Source: Vicugna vicugna
Lineage: Eukaryota
Length of the DNA stretch: 64,000 nt
Direction: 5' to 3'
NCBI GenBank assembly: GCA_013265495.1
Contig: MU058384.1
Span: 4,956,792-5,020,791, forward strand
In this document: in pieces, positions 1 to 11,443 of the stretch
Layout of the letters: every line of letters starts with the position of its first letter
Position numbering within the stretch: position 1 is the stretch's first letter
Position numbers and translations under genes: made by a program
The notes under the pieces: generated by a model
The model's database searches: none
Told to the model about the DNA's origin: nothing
What the model saw: the letters and a program-made list of their open reading frames with translations, nothing else

Positions 1-926
1 TATAGTTCTCTATCTATTAAATTTAATATTTTTCTACTGAATACAATAAACTCTTATTAACATGGAATAGGGTATGCTGAGGAATCATATATGTCTTGTT
101 AAGAAAAGGATAATATGTACATCACGTATTTCCAAATATTTCAAAATATGATACCCTAAAACTAAGAACACTGAAATATTTCTCACCTTTCTTTAACCAT
201 TCTGAAAACACACGCAGTGCCCCTAAGTCTTTATAATGACCATAGCATTGTGAAGATCGCATGTCATTTACGAATCAGTCTTATCTATTCATTATTTACC
301 CACAGCAGAAAACATAAGTTAATCTTTTAAAATGTATTTATTGTACTTGGAAATAATAACATTGCATTTTTTAAAAGGTTTCTTATAATTTATACTGATA
401 TTCTCTGCTATTTCTTCAAAGTGGTTAAGTCTTTATTGAATATAAATGACTGCTTAATTACTCCTTGGCTTCTAATCACGTAATTTTCCTGAGGATGGCA
501 AAAGAGGTCCTATCTATAGATAAATTTCAAAAAGAAAAAAAAAAGGCTTAAAAAAATGAACTAAGTAAAGAACAATACTCATTCTTATTCAATTATAATC
601 AGAGAGGAACAGAGGTTGAAAATCTTGTTTTCAGTAAGAAGAAAGGGTCTCATTGAACAAACAGAAAAACTGAATGGAAAGTCATATAAAAACTACTTCT
701 GCATTTACAGGAAATTCTGAAGTGAACTACAAGATGTAATTTAGTTTATTCTCTCACCTTCCACCTCTAGGTAGTTCTAACATGCCCAGGACAGATATAT
801 TCAATGTGAAGATATGCATGATTATGTACATACAAATGGATCAGTAAAATTATATACATACAGACAGATCTATTAATTAAATATAAGTAAATAAAATAAT
901 TTTTTTTTCTTGAAACAAGGACTTAC

Positions 927-1069
927 ATAGTATTTTCCTTTTGCGTTTTCACAGTCTGGTCTCTATGAAACGGTGTTGTAACAGTCAATTTGTGACCATT
1001 AAGAGGGGTGGAAGTTAAAGAAGGCATTTCCAAGTCTAAGTTTTCATGGCTGTTGGAAGTGTTTAAGAA
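927..1069 (-). CDS. MYB: c-MYB coding exon 10 (143 nt; FLNTSNSHENLDLEMPSLTSTPLNGHKLTVTTPFHRDQTVKTQKENT..), negative regulatory domain
   Basis: Hand translation of the reverse strand matches c-MYB. Acceptor tatttag|TTC, donor AT|gtaagt. Not in the ORF track. The gene continues beyond position 1. Confidence 0.95.
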
Positions 1070-1716
1070 CTAAATATGGGATGAAAGAAAAAAAATTACT
1101 TAAACAGTGATTCCTTATTCAGCCCAGTTAAAAAATCACATGTTGTTAATAAGCAGGTATGTTTTACTGACCCACTATATGAAATAATAGTGATGTTAAC
1201 AAGCAGATAGAGTTTTATTTGAATTGAGCACCCAAAATTTGGAGTATGATTTACAAGAAATGAAATCTAGCGTCAATGCTGGAAAACCTGCAAAATCCTA
1301 AGAAAATATTCTCAATAAATGACACTTGCCATTAAAGAGAATGGGATGCACTCTTTAGTAACATTAAAAGCGTTAAAGTGATTTGGGGGGAAAGTAATGA
1401 TTGTTTCTCTTTCATACTTTGTTTTTTCTCTTTAATGATCTACGAACCGTTATTATAGAAAGTTGACATTATGTGGAAGATTCTTGAATAATAAGCTGTG
1501 TCTCTCAGAACACTAATGTTCTGGAAAGATAATAGATGCTCCTTAAACAGTTCTAAGGTAAAATAAGTTTGGGAAACACACATATTGTAATCTCCTCCTA
1601 GAAATTCACAATGCACATTGGTATATTTAAAACTGTGGGAAAAAAAAAACCCCAAAAAACAAAGAAACTCTGAGTGGTCCTGCAGAAAAGAAAACATTTT
1701 AATTTTGTTTGATTTG

Positions 1717-1817
1717 GTGTTTCCCAAACTTATATACCTATATATTTAGATGTTTTTCTGGAACATCATTAAAGTCTTCCAGAACTAACATTCTCTGGAA
1801 CAGAGTTTGGGAAATAC
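1717..1817. mobile_element. Short non-autonomous hAT-Charlie (MER5/MER3-like) DNA transposon remnant
   Basis: Terminal inverted repeats gtgtttcccaaact (1717-1730) and agtttgggaaatac (1804-1817), 13/14 match. Confidence 0.6.
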
Positions 1818-2624
1818 AAGTAAAAAACAAGATAGTTTTTTTCGTGAGCATGTTGTTTGCTCACACTTAAAGCTGTTCTTAAAACAAACTCAACAGACAT
1901 AATTGGAAAAAATGTTTTAAAGTGCCAAATTACCTATTCATTTGAATTATTTTAATAATTAAGGAACAAGTCTCTGATAAGAATTATAATTTCCATTCCT
2001 TAAAAAAACTGTATGAAACAGGAATATTCATTGGCAAAAACTGTGCAAATAAAATATTACAGCACAACTCAAAAGAGCCAATGTTGAGAAACTGAAATTG
2101 AAATGTACGTTATTTTTCTTAAGCATTTGTTCCTCATTTTCTTCCAAAGCTTTTCCACTTAAAGATGGATTGGAACTTGAAAATTTTCCAGTTGCAACTC
2201 AAACGTTTTCTAAACATAATTTTGGTTCCCTCCTCCCCTGGGTCAGTGAATCACATAATAATAAGTGAACAAAGAGGCAGAAAAAATCTGTTGAAGTTCT
2301 TAAAGGGAGGGAAGAGATGGGAGAAGAGGAAAGGATAGAAATGTTAAATTCTAGTGTTGAAGGAAATAAAAGCACATCCATGCAACTAACCATCTTTCAA
2401 ATCACCAAGAAAGTCACAAAATTATGACAGAATCATCAGTCAGCCTACAGACAGTCTAAATTCTGGGAGGCAGAATGACTTAGCAACAGCTAGAAACAAC
2501 AAGGGAACAAAATCAGTGAAGACAACAGTAATTAGTCATTTGTTCCAAAGGATTAGTTTCTAGATTATTAAGGCTCAGGTGTCTGTTGAAAATTAGTAAC
2601 AGCTGTGCAGAAATTGTGCTCTAC

Positions 2625-2987
2625 CTGCGAGGGGGAGAAGGGTAGGCTTTTGACAGGGGAGCACTTGGGAGTTGAACTGCTGACGTCAGCAAATAGCAAG
2701 GAACTAGATTGTCCAGAGGCTAAGGGGCTGGCCTGGCCCCACTTTTTTCGCAGGCTGACCCGTGGCATTGCGCTGGGCCTCGCAGGAGGGAAGGGCTTGA
2801 GCGGGTCATGTGGACCCTCACTCAACTTGCGTCTGTTCACCCTCGTGTTAGGCTCTCCTGCAGGTCTATTCACCTTGCCCTCTCTTTGCTGAAGCTGGAG
2901 GGCTTTGCCTGCGTGGTGGTGGCTAGGTGAAAAATCTGCTTCTTCAAAGAATTCAAAACTGCTGAGATCACACCATGATGAAGAATC
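2625..2987 (-). CDS. MYB: c-MYB alternative exon 9B (mouse 9A; 363 nt, 121 aa; p89 isoform)
   Basis: DSSSWCDLSSFEFFEEADFSPS...SPVKSLPFSPSQ lies within ORF 2568..3056. Acceptor ttgtttcag|GAT, donor CAG|gtag, phase 0-0. Confidence 0.93.
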
Positions 2988-3710
2988 CTGAAACAATGTG
3001 GGAGGTGCAGAACTTTGAGACAGTGTGTGCATGTTGTGTGCCATCACCTGAAACACAGCACTGAGAAAGAGATGCTGAATGCAGAGAAAACACCTGGTCC
3101 GTGTGCTGGACTTCCTGAGAAACAGCTTCAGGATGAACAGTTGTTCTGGTGCACTGCATAGTGTGTCTACGATGCTGCCTCTGTGCTATGTGTAGACACA
3201 TAGTGTGTCTACAGCTGGCCCTACCCAGATGCTGCAGGGCCCCCCCCAGCTATCATTTGCATGCAATGCAAAGGAGAAAAGAAACTTTGGATGGCACATT
3301 TTGGCAGTGTTCATCCCCTGTCTGACGGGTATGCAGTAAATGCCTTTTAACTAACTGGGAAACAAAGGAAATGAATAGAGTGTCTGCTCTTGGGGTGCTG
3401 AACTCAAGCTTGTTTCACTAGAGATGGTTTATCTTAGTGACCCAACTGGGACACTTGATTAATAATCAACATTTTGTGGAGAAAGCCATGCACCACCAAT
3501 GAACTTATTACTACTTTAAATACATTGAAAAATGGCTTGAAGCTCAGCATGAATGTAATTCTTAATGTGCTATCCAAAAGCAAAGTACAATTCTAGAGAA
3601 ACACAAAGGAGTAAACAAAGTAAAAAAAAAAAAAACTTTAAAATAATTCAAATATCATTTCTATAACCCAAGCTCTACTTAAAGATTATTAACTTTACTA
3701 TTTTAGAAAA

Positions 3711-3772
3711 TTATGCTGTACACCAGAAATTGACACATTGTAACTGACTGTACTCCAATAATTAAAAAAAAT
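3711..3772 (+). mobile_element. Very short L1 3'-end fragment in MYB intron 9
   Basis: ttatgctgtacaccagaaattgacacattgtaactgactgtactccaat plus an A tail closely matches the 3' end of the L1 at ~53198-53260. Confidence 0.75.
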
Positions 3773-3986
3773 AATGCATTTTGAGGGAAATGTTGAAAAG
3801 CTACCTTTTATCTGGGTAGCCTAAGAAATCAGATATTGAAAAAGCATATACACAAAGACTAAAATCATACTTTTTACCTTTACATTAATGACATGTTATT
3901 TGCTACAGAAAATGGCAATGATTTGAGAAGTGGGTTTCCTAATTCCCCTTTCAAAAACATTAACTTGCCTTAAAAATTCTACTTAC

Positions 3987-4241
3987 AGAATCTATAAATT
4001 GAAGTGTTTCTGCAAATTCTAAGAGGTTCTTGACATTGTCCAGAATGGTGCCTTGGTGGACGATCATGCACCTTGCTGGAGAGGCGCTTTCTTCAGGTAG
4101 GGAGCCAGGATCCACAGGCAGAGATGGAGTGGAGTGGTGCTCTTCCAAACAGGAAACAGGTGCACTGTCTCCATGAGGTCTGGTGTGGTCGGCAATGGTG
4201 GTGCTGTGCCACCCGGGGTAGCTGCATGTGTGGTTCTGGGT
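3987..4241 (-). CDS. MYB: c-MYB coding exon 9 (255 nt; TQNHTCSYPGW...VKNLLEFAETLQFIDS, FAETL/leucine-rich motif)
   Basis: ORF 3960..4148 translation matches c-MYB. Acceptor ccttag|ACC, donor TCT|gtaagt. Confidence 0.96.
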
Positions 4242-5568
4242 CTAAGGAGGGGGGTGGGGGAATAAAGAAAGAGCGGGGAGAAGAAAGGAAGAAGGAACTT
4301 AGCAATGAAGTTGCACAAGGTATCAGATGCTGTTAGAGGAAAGATAAAAGTAGTTGCATCATCCCAAACTTGCGCCTATGAAACAGTTGTCAAGATGTTT
4401 CCTTTTATCAATTCAGGACCCTGCTTTTTAATAGTGGTGTAGCCTGTCATCTCTCTGATTCCTTTAATGGTCATCAGTTAGTTAAAACTGCAAACAGAGG
4501 GACAATGTTACAAAGGGCTACAATCACACGGGATATCTTAAAAATCTAATATAATTTCCAAAAGGACCATAAATGTTTGCTGCCAATTAAGAATTTGGCT
4601 GTTCTCACTCCAACCTACAAAAAGGCTGGAGGATTCAAGAGTTAGAGTTGTTTTTATCTGCATATATTCTTGTGGCTTCTATTCCTTGTTAGTGCCACGG
4701 ATTGCACCGATGCAGTGAGGGGCTGCCAAATCAACGTGGTTAGGAAAGCAGAAGAGCAAATTAACAGAAGTCTCCTTTCAGCATGACCATGCAACAGGAG
4801 AAATTGCAAAACATTAACTAAAGTTAAAAAGTGGTCGAACTATCATATGCATATGCACACAATCATTTTGTTATTTAACCAAAAGAAATCTACTCCTAAG
4901 AATACCTACTGGCTATCACAGCTCTTTTATTCTCTTTGTTGGTTAACGACATACGTTACAAAGTACATGCTGCTTTCTCAGTGTCCTGCCCCATCACTAG
5001 AAAGATGTCCAAATCCAGTAATGGTCCACACAGCTTTCGTGCATGCCAACAAAAGGGAATTATTTGTGTTATTTATGGAGGATTTTATATATATCATTTT
5101 TACGTGTATATACCGAACATGGATCAAATCATGTTTGAAATGATAAAGTATGAAAAGCTAGTTTAAAAAAAATAGAAAAAGAAAAGAAATCAAATGATGA
5201 GGCACCAGAGAGAGACACAGCTTTGTAAAAAAAGAAAATGCAGATTTTCATATTATCTCTGCTACTATTTGAATTAATTACAGTCCTTCAGGAGAAAAAA
5301 AAATGAGGATGAGAATCACAAGTGGATATTGAAAAAAAAAAGTGGATATTGAATTTCTATTGCAAGACAAAAGGACAACTTCCAACCTAGTCAACATCAT
5401 TCTGACACCAACTCTCTGGTATTACAAGCACTGTCTAGTGTTTAAACAATATTAGTGGATAGAATCTTGATTAGTGTGACATTCAGAAGAGAAGGGAAAA
5501 GATATGGAAGAGCACTGGGGCCAAGCCACTATCCTCCCCCTCATTCAAGCACCCTGTGATGGTCTTAC

Positions 5569-5673
5569 TGGTAGCGTCTGCTGTCCTTTGAGTTCATTTT
5601 CAGTAGACATTAGGAGCAACTCTAACTCCTTTATTCTCTTTTCTTTCTCAGGGTCTTCATCATTATAGTGTCT
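5569..5673 (-). CDS. MYB: c-MYB coding exon 8 (105 nt; RHYNDEDPEKEKRIKELELLLMSTENELKGQQTLP, transactivation domain with KIX-binding LxxLL)
   Basis: Hand translation. Acceptor tttcag|AGA, donor CCA|gtaaga. Confidence 0.96.
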
Positions 5674-6109
5674 CTGAAATTAAAAGTTAAGGAAGGAGAG
5701 AAAGACAAAGGTCTGGTTGGAAGCTGTAAATACAATGATCGTGGTTTGCCATTCAGGAGGGACCATACAGAACCCACAGAGTCTTGGCATAGAATCAACG
5801 CCAACCAAATCTGCCCACTGTAGAAATTCCTGTGAATGTTATTCCAGATGTCAGGGAGGGATGAGGAGAGAGAAGATGCTCCCTGAGGAGCTGCTTCAAC
5901 TTCTAACATCAGAGAATTCCGGCACACATTCGTTCTGGAAGTGAAGATTGTGGTAGATTGCTGGCCAGAACTCTGCCTACCTCTCCGTGATTCCCTTTTC
6001 TTTTTGCTTCAGTGAGTCAGGTGGAAATGAGTGTTTAGATGAAGGAAATAGATCTGTGCTTTGAGCAGCTAATGAGTTTCTTTATGAAATGATCTTAAAA
6101 TGGTCTTAC

Positions 6110-6190
6110 CTGAATGGCTGCAGCAGCTGGCTGAGGGACATTGACGATATTTACATGTAACGCTACAGGATATGGGACATGACTGGAGAC
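6110..6190 (-). CDS. MYB: c-MYB coding exon 7 (81 nt; VSSHVPYPVALHVNIVNVPQPAAAAIQ)
   Basis: Hand translation. Acceptor tgtag|GTC, donor CAG|gtaaga. Confidence 0.96.
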
Positions 6191-7149
6191 CTACATCAGA
6201 AAAGGCAACACAAACAAAGGTCGAGTCATTCATGGTACGGATACTTCAGGAGACTTGTTGGCTTCCCGAAGTTTTGCTCTAGGACTAAGGGGGAGAAAAA
6301 AACTTTTCTGACAAAATTCACCAAGCCAAATAAACAAAAAATTAAACCCAATTCTAATCTGAAATTTTAGCCAAGTCTTCAACAATGGTTCCATAGCTAA
6401 AGCAACATAGTGAAAGAAATTTAAAGTGCTCATCGATTCTGACAGGAAAAACACAAAGAAAAATATACTCTAAAATATATTCATGAATGTATGGAAGAAG
6501 TTTTGACAGCAAAAACTGATGGCACTAGATGTTTATAAATAAAAATACTTTTCTGTGAATTACTGAGTTTTAGTAAAGAGCACAGAACCTCTTATGTTTT
6601 CCTGAGACCTTTCAGGAAAGTCTGTAGTCAAATACATGGTACAGATAGAGAAGAGTTAAAAACTATGTAATGAATATGTTTTGCATAGAATTTGCTTATG
6701 ATCTCTGTATTCTTGGGTACATTTCACCATTTATTATTGTTAATTTTAAGATTAAGTTTCTTGATTCTTTTCTCTTTATTCTTCTTTCCCCACCCATTAT
6801 GAAGATATCTTTCCATAAACATAAACATCAAGAAAAGAAGAAGGAATCACATCAATCCAAAGAAAGATAAAAGGAGATGTCAGACAATTGTGTCACAAAA
6901 CTGTTCCTGGCTCACAGTAAAACCATAAACATTTACTGAGTGAACAAATTAAGACATTTCAGGTAGATCATTACCAGAATGAACTGAGAATTTATCTGTT
7001 AAATTTCAGTGTCAGACTACCTCCTCTTTAAGTGCAATATTACATTCACTTTTCATTTTGGAAGAAAAAAGTATTAGATACAACTCTACCTCCATCCTCC
7101 TCTTTCTGCCTCAGCAGCACCTCGTCAAGTAAATTTACATTCAAAAGCT

Positions 7150-7355
7150 AACTTCAAATTAAGCGGGTTAGAATCAAGTAACTCCGATCCCAGGCTGTAC
7201 TGTCTCTGCCAGCTGTGGAGCTGTGTGAGCCTGAGCAAATCACTTCACATCGCCATTTCCGGATCTGAATCAGGGATAACAAGACCTACCCCTATTGATC
7301 GATCACGATCCTGTTTGTGAAAGCTTTCTGAGATGTACGCAGCTGCAAGGTTATC
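7150..7355 (+). mobile_element. MIR SINE remnant (approximate bounds)
   Basis: MIR core similarity: gctgtgtgagcctgagcaaatcacttcac...cagggataac. Confidence 0.55.
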
Positions 7356-7406
7356 ATTAGTACTTGGAGCTAAAAGGACCCTCTCTCTCATCAAACGAAA
7401 TTTTCA

Positions 7407-7712
<306 letters not shown>

Positions 7713-9049
7713 TTATTTGACAGAAAACTGTTCCTAAAGGAGGTCTTTTGGTCTGCTACTAGTGTTTTTCTTTTTCTTTTTAATTGGTCTCTGTCTTCTC
7801 TGTCTCCTAAAAATCATGCTTCCCCTTATACTTTAGTAAAAATCCATAGGTTTCTCCAAATTACATAATACGAATATATAGTTTTCTATAGATTTTGAAA
7901 TCTTTTAGCCATTTTGTTTCCTTGATAAAAAGAGGACTTTCAGTATGACACCCTCCATGTTTATTCTGACTATTTGTGGTACAAGACTCTAGTAACTTTA
8001 AGACTCAAAGTTCTAGCTGCTTAGAAAATTATTCCTTTGAGTGTGGCTTAGCAGGGCCTACCCACCACAACAGGCACCTGGTAAAGTTCGGTGAGCAGTG
8101 ATGTTGCTGCCTCTCTCATCTCTATTCTTTATCTAGAAGAGCACCAGCCAGAAATTTTGAGTTAAAAAAAAAAAACCCAAAAAATTCCCACCTTTTGAAA
8201 ACCACCTCAAATGGTTCCACAACCAGACAAATGGAACCACCAGCAGAGGTGAAAGTGTAAAACAGGATCCAGGAGGCTGAGATGTTAAGGCCCCATGTAT
8301 TTTCAAATTGCAAAGCATTTTTACTAAAGTTTTTCAATTCTCAGGAAAACAGTTTCTCAATTCAGAAAAACCGTTTTAGGCCTCTCTTTTAACTATTTCG
8401 ACGGGGGTGGGGGAATGTATGTTAAAAAAAAAGAGGAAGTTCAATCGCCCCTTAATGTTTTAGAAGAATCAACAGCATATCCTCTCAGACCATATGGGAG
8501 AAAAGGCCTCCTTTCATCAACCTCTTGAATTCTCTAAGCTCAGACTGACCCATAAGGAAGGAGATGCTCTGGAACATCACAAGAGAACACTCCATAAACC
8601 ACCAGAGCCATGGCCCTCATTCAAATGACCCTTCCTCCACTTTTTGGCTTATGAAGCTCAAGAATAAAAATATTTAAAATACTTCCTATCTTAGAATATG
8701 TTTATGTAAGATTTATAATAAAAAGTATCTTCCAAATGAAACAAAATCTGTTATAAACTAAATGGGCAAAGTGGGAAAAAATGAGCTTCCACAGACACCC
8801 CTCATAATGAGGTCATCTTTGTGCCTGGTTCATTAAAAAGAAAGCATAACAAGGACACCATTAAAAAACCCAGAAGCAGTAGGATAATTCTAGAAATACA
8901 ATCTTTCTTCATTCAAAAGAAAAAAAAATTAAGCCAAGTGGTAAAACTAAACAAACAAGGTAACAGGAAAATGGTAGCTGAATTCCTTCTGGTCACTTAA
9001 CCACCTATGTGAACTCAGATCAAAGACAAACTATCTACCCTTGGTTTCC

Positions 9050-9230
9050 TTCTATGTGTTTAGAGTTTTGTAGTTTACAAAGTGCTCTTACATTCATTTT
9101 ACTTTACATCCTAACATTGGCCTCGTGATGTAGGTTATAACCCATTTTGCAGTTAGGGCAACTGAGGCTGAGGAGAGTTCAATGAGTTGGCCCCAGCCAG
9201 GCTCACTGTTGGGTGGATTCTGTAAGTCCT
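9050..9230 (-). mobile_element. MIR SINE remnant (approximate bounds)
   Basis: cccattttgcagttagggcaactgaggctgag is the reverse MIR core. Confidence 0.55.
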
Positions 9231-9406
9231 CAAGTAGATAAACCCTCAGACCTCTTCCAGTTGTAAAAACTATGGAACTGGTTTATCTAGTGAAACATTT
9301 ACCATCGATAAAATGTAATTCATTCACCATACATTTTTAAAACAGAATGTTCAATACCCACTCCCTCATTCTACCCAATCAATACATTTTTTTGACATAT
9401 TATTAC

Positions 9407-9627
9407 CGTCCAGGCAGTAGCTTTGCGATTTCTGCCCATCTGTTCCCCAGTCTCTTGTGTGCCTGGTAAATAATTCTGTCTTCCTCTTCTGTCCAGGAGG
9501 TTTTCTTAACTTCTGGATTCAAGTGGTTATGCCACCTCTCCCTACATTGTTTTCCAATTCTCCCCTTTAAGTGCTTGGCAATAACAGACCAACGTTTCGG
9601 ACCGTATTTCTGTACAAGCTCTATCAC
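9407..9627 (-). CDS. MYB: c-MYB coding exon 5 (221 nt; R2/R3 DNA-binding repeats VIELVQKYGPKRWS...AEIAKLLPGR)
   Basis: ORF 9403..9690. Acceptor ctgaag|GTG, donor CG|gtaat. Confidence 0.98.
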
Positions 9628-9876
9628 CTTCAGATAAACACACAAAAATAACCTCTGTTTTAATGTTATGTAATGAGTCAGTGTAATCATTCTTCATGTT
9701 ACAAGATCTTTAGAAAATTTCTAAAAATCTGCTTTCATTCACGGGAAATATGGGAATGGAGTCCTTCGCTTCCTGTTTGCACACTTGACCTGTTTCATGA
9801 GTTGGGAAACATTCAACAAAGACATTTGGGGAATATTCATCATTGTGAATCACATACCAATGAAGAAAGTACTTAC

Positions 9877-9969
9877 TCTCTGATCTTCCTCTTTGGTCCA
9901 AGGACCCTTGATGAGCTCAGGGTTTAGTACTTTCTGCCATCGGTGCTGGCACTGCACATCTGTTCGATT
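9877..9969 (-). CDS. MYB: c-MYB coding exon 4 (93 nt; NRTDVQCQHRWQKVLNPELIKGPWTKEEDQR)
   Basis: Hand translation. Acceptor tgtctag|AAT, donor AGA|gtaagt. Confidence 0.97.
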
Positions 9970-10399
9970 CTAGACAAATAAGATACAGATATGATATGAT
10001 AAGCACATGAAGACTTTGTTGTAATATAAATCACACATGGACAATATACAGTGGAAACATTCAAGAACATTTTAGGGCATGTTTGGAGAGCTCACCTAGC
10101 CCTCATTACTTACGCCTAAAGAACATACAAAGAGTATATCAAAGTTGCATCTAAAATTAGAAGCTCTGTCTCCTGAGGCAAAAAGTCCTGCCATGTGAAC
10201 TGCAGGACCATCATATTGCATATCTGGTTGTCAATTTAACTTAAACTTAACCTCAGCATGTTGTATGTGGAAGTACCCACGTGTACTAAGACATCTTAGA
10301 GATTCCATATTGACGTTGGACTTTTTATGGAAACCCACTCTAAATGACTCAAGTTTGCTTCTCATTCAAACTAAAAGATGTGCTTCAATTTAGGGACAT

Positions 10400-11150
10400 A
10401 ATTTTTAATATTGCAGAAGGAACAAAGATGAATAAAGGTAGGCCCTACATTATACGAGCTTACAATCTTGCAATGAGCAAAGGACAAATATATAATAACT
10501 AATAGAGGGTGGAATTTGATTCATATCCAAGAAGAAACCAAAGCAAAATGATATTGGGGTGGGAAAAGGAGAATCTCCTTAGGAGGAGAAATTGTGTTTC
10601 TTTAGAAGGAGTCTGGAAAAGCTCTTGACAGGACCTTTGAAGGATGGATGGAACATTTTAAGATGTGGCATCCCCAGGGACAAAGGCCCTCAGGAGGGAA
10701 AGCAGAAATGAATTCAACCAAACTTGCTTACATAGAGGAAGTAGGAAACAGAACTGGGGCTATAAGTTGATGCCATATGGGAGGGCCCTGGTATGCCAGG
10801 CTGAGGCAGTTTACTTAATCTGTGAGACTCTAAGTCACTGTTGCTAGCTTTGAAAAGTAAGGCACAGCTGCATATTAGGACGCTCCATCTGCCAATGGTG
10901 TTTGGGATGGATGGGCAGGTGGAAAGCTACACGTAGGTCACCCAGTGAGGAAGCCGATGCAATTGTCCAGAGAAGAGGGAAGGAGGCAGAAGATTCCCAG
11001 ACTTCTCAGTCACTGCTTGGGTGTTGGGGGTCGAGGATTGGGATTCATCTAAAAGGACTCCAAGATTTTAAACCAGGGTACCAGAATTATGGCTACTGAA
11101 AAAAGAATGAAATTTAAAAGAAGCTGACTTGGGGGAAATATCATGAATTT
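10400..11150 (-). mobile_element. Degenerate L2 LINE fragment (approximate bounds)
   Basis: Purine-rich L2-like text, e.g. gagcttacaatct..., gacctttgaaggatggat..., tgcaattgtccag. Confidence 0.45.
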
Positions 11151-11443
11151 AGTCATCTGCCATATAACAAATCATCAAAATGCCAATTTATATTATCCTA
11201 AAAAATGAAAAGATAAAATAAGAAGCAAATGTTTGAAGTATGTTGTAAAAGTCCTTTAAGGATACATTTAGAAACTTTAATTACATGCATTAAAATAGAA
11301 ATATAAGTTATGGATAAGGCATGCCCCCTCCACTGCTTATATATGGGCAAATATGTAATGTCTTAATATCATCTCCTAGGATATCTTATTTAAATCTTTG
11401 GGAGAAGATTTCATTTTACAAAAAGAAAAAATTATGAACTTAC

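Noticed and set aside
752..790. Strong donor AAG|gtgaga in intron 10 as a possible exon 10A
   Set aside because: No convincing upstream acceptor. As I recall, human exon 10A is Alu-derived, and no Alu is present here.
2605..2892. Plus-strand ORFs overlapping MYB exons (also 4073-4336, 7506-7709, 13231-13605)
   Set aside because: Antisense shadows of real exons with no independent support.
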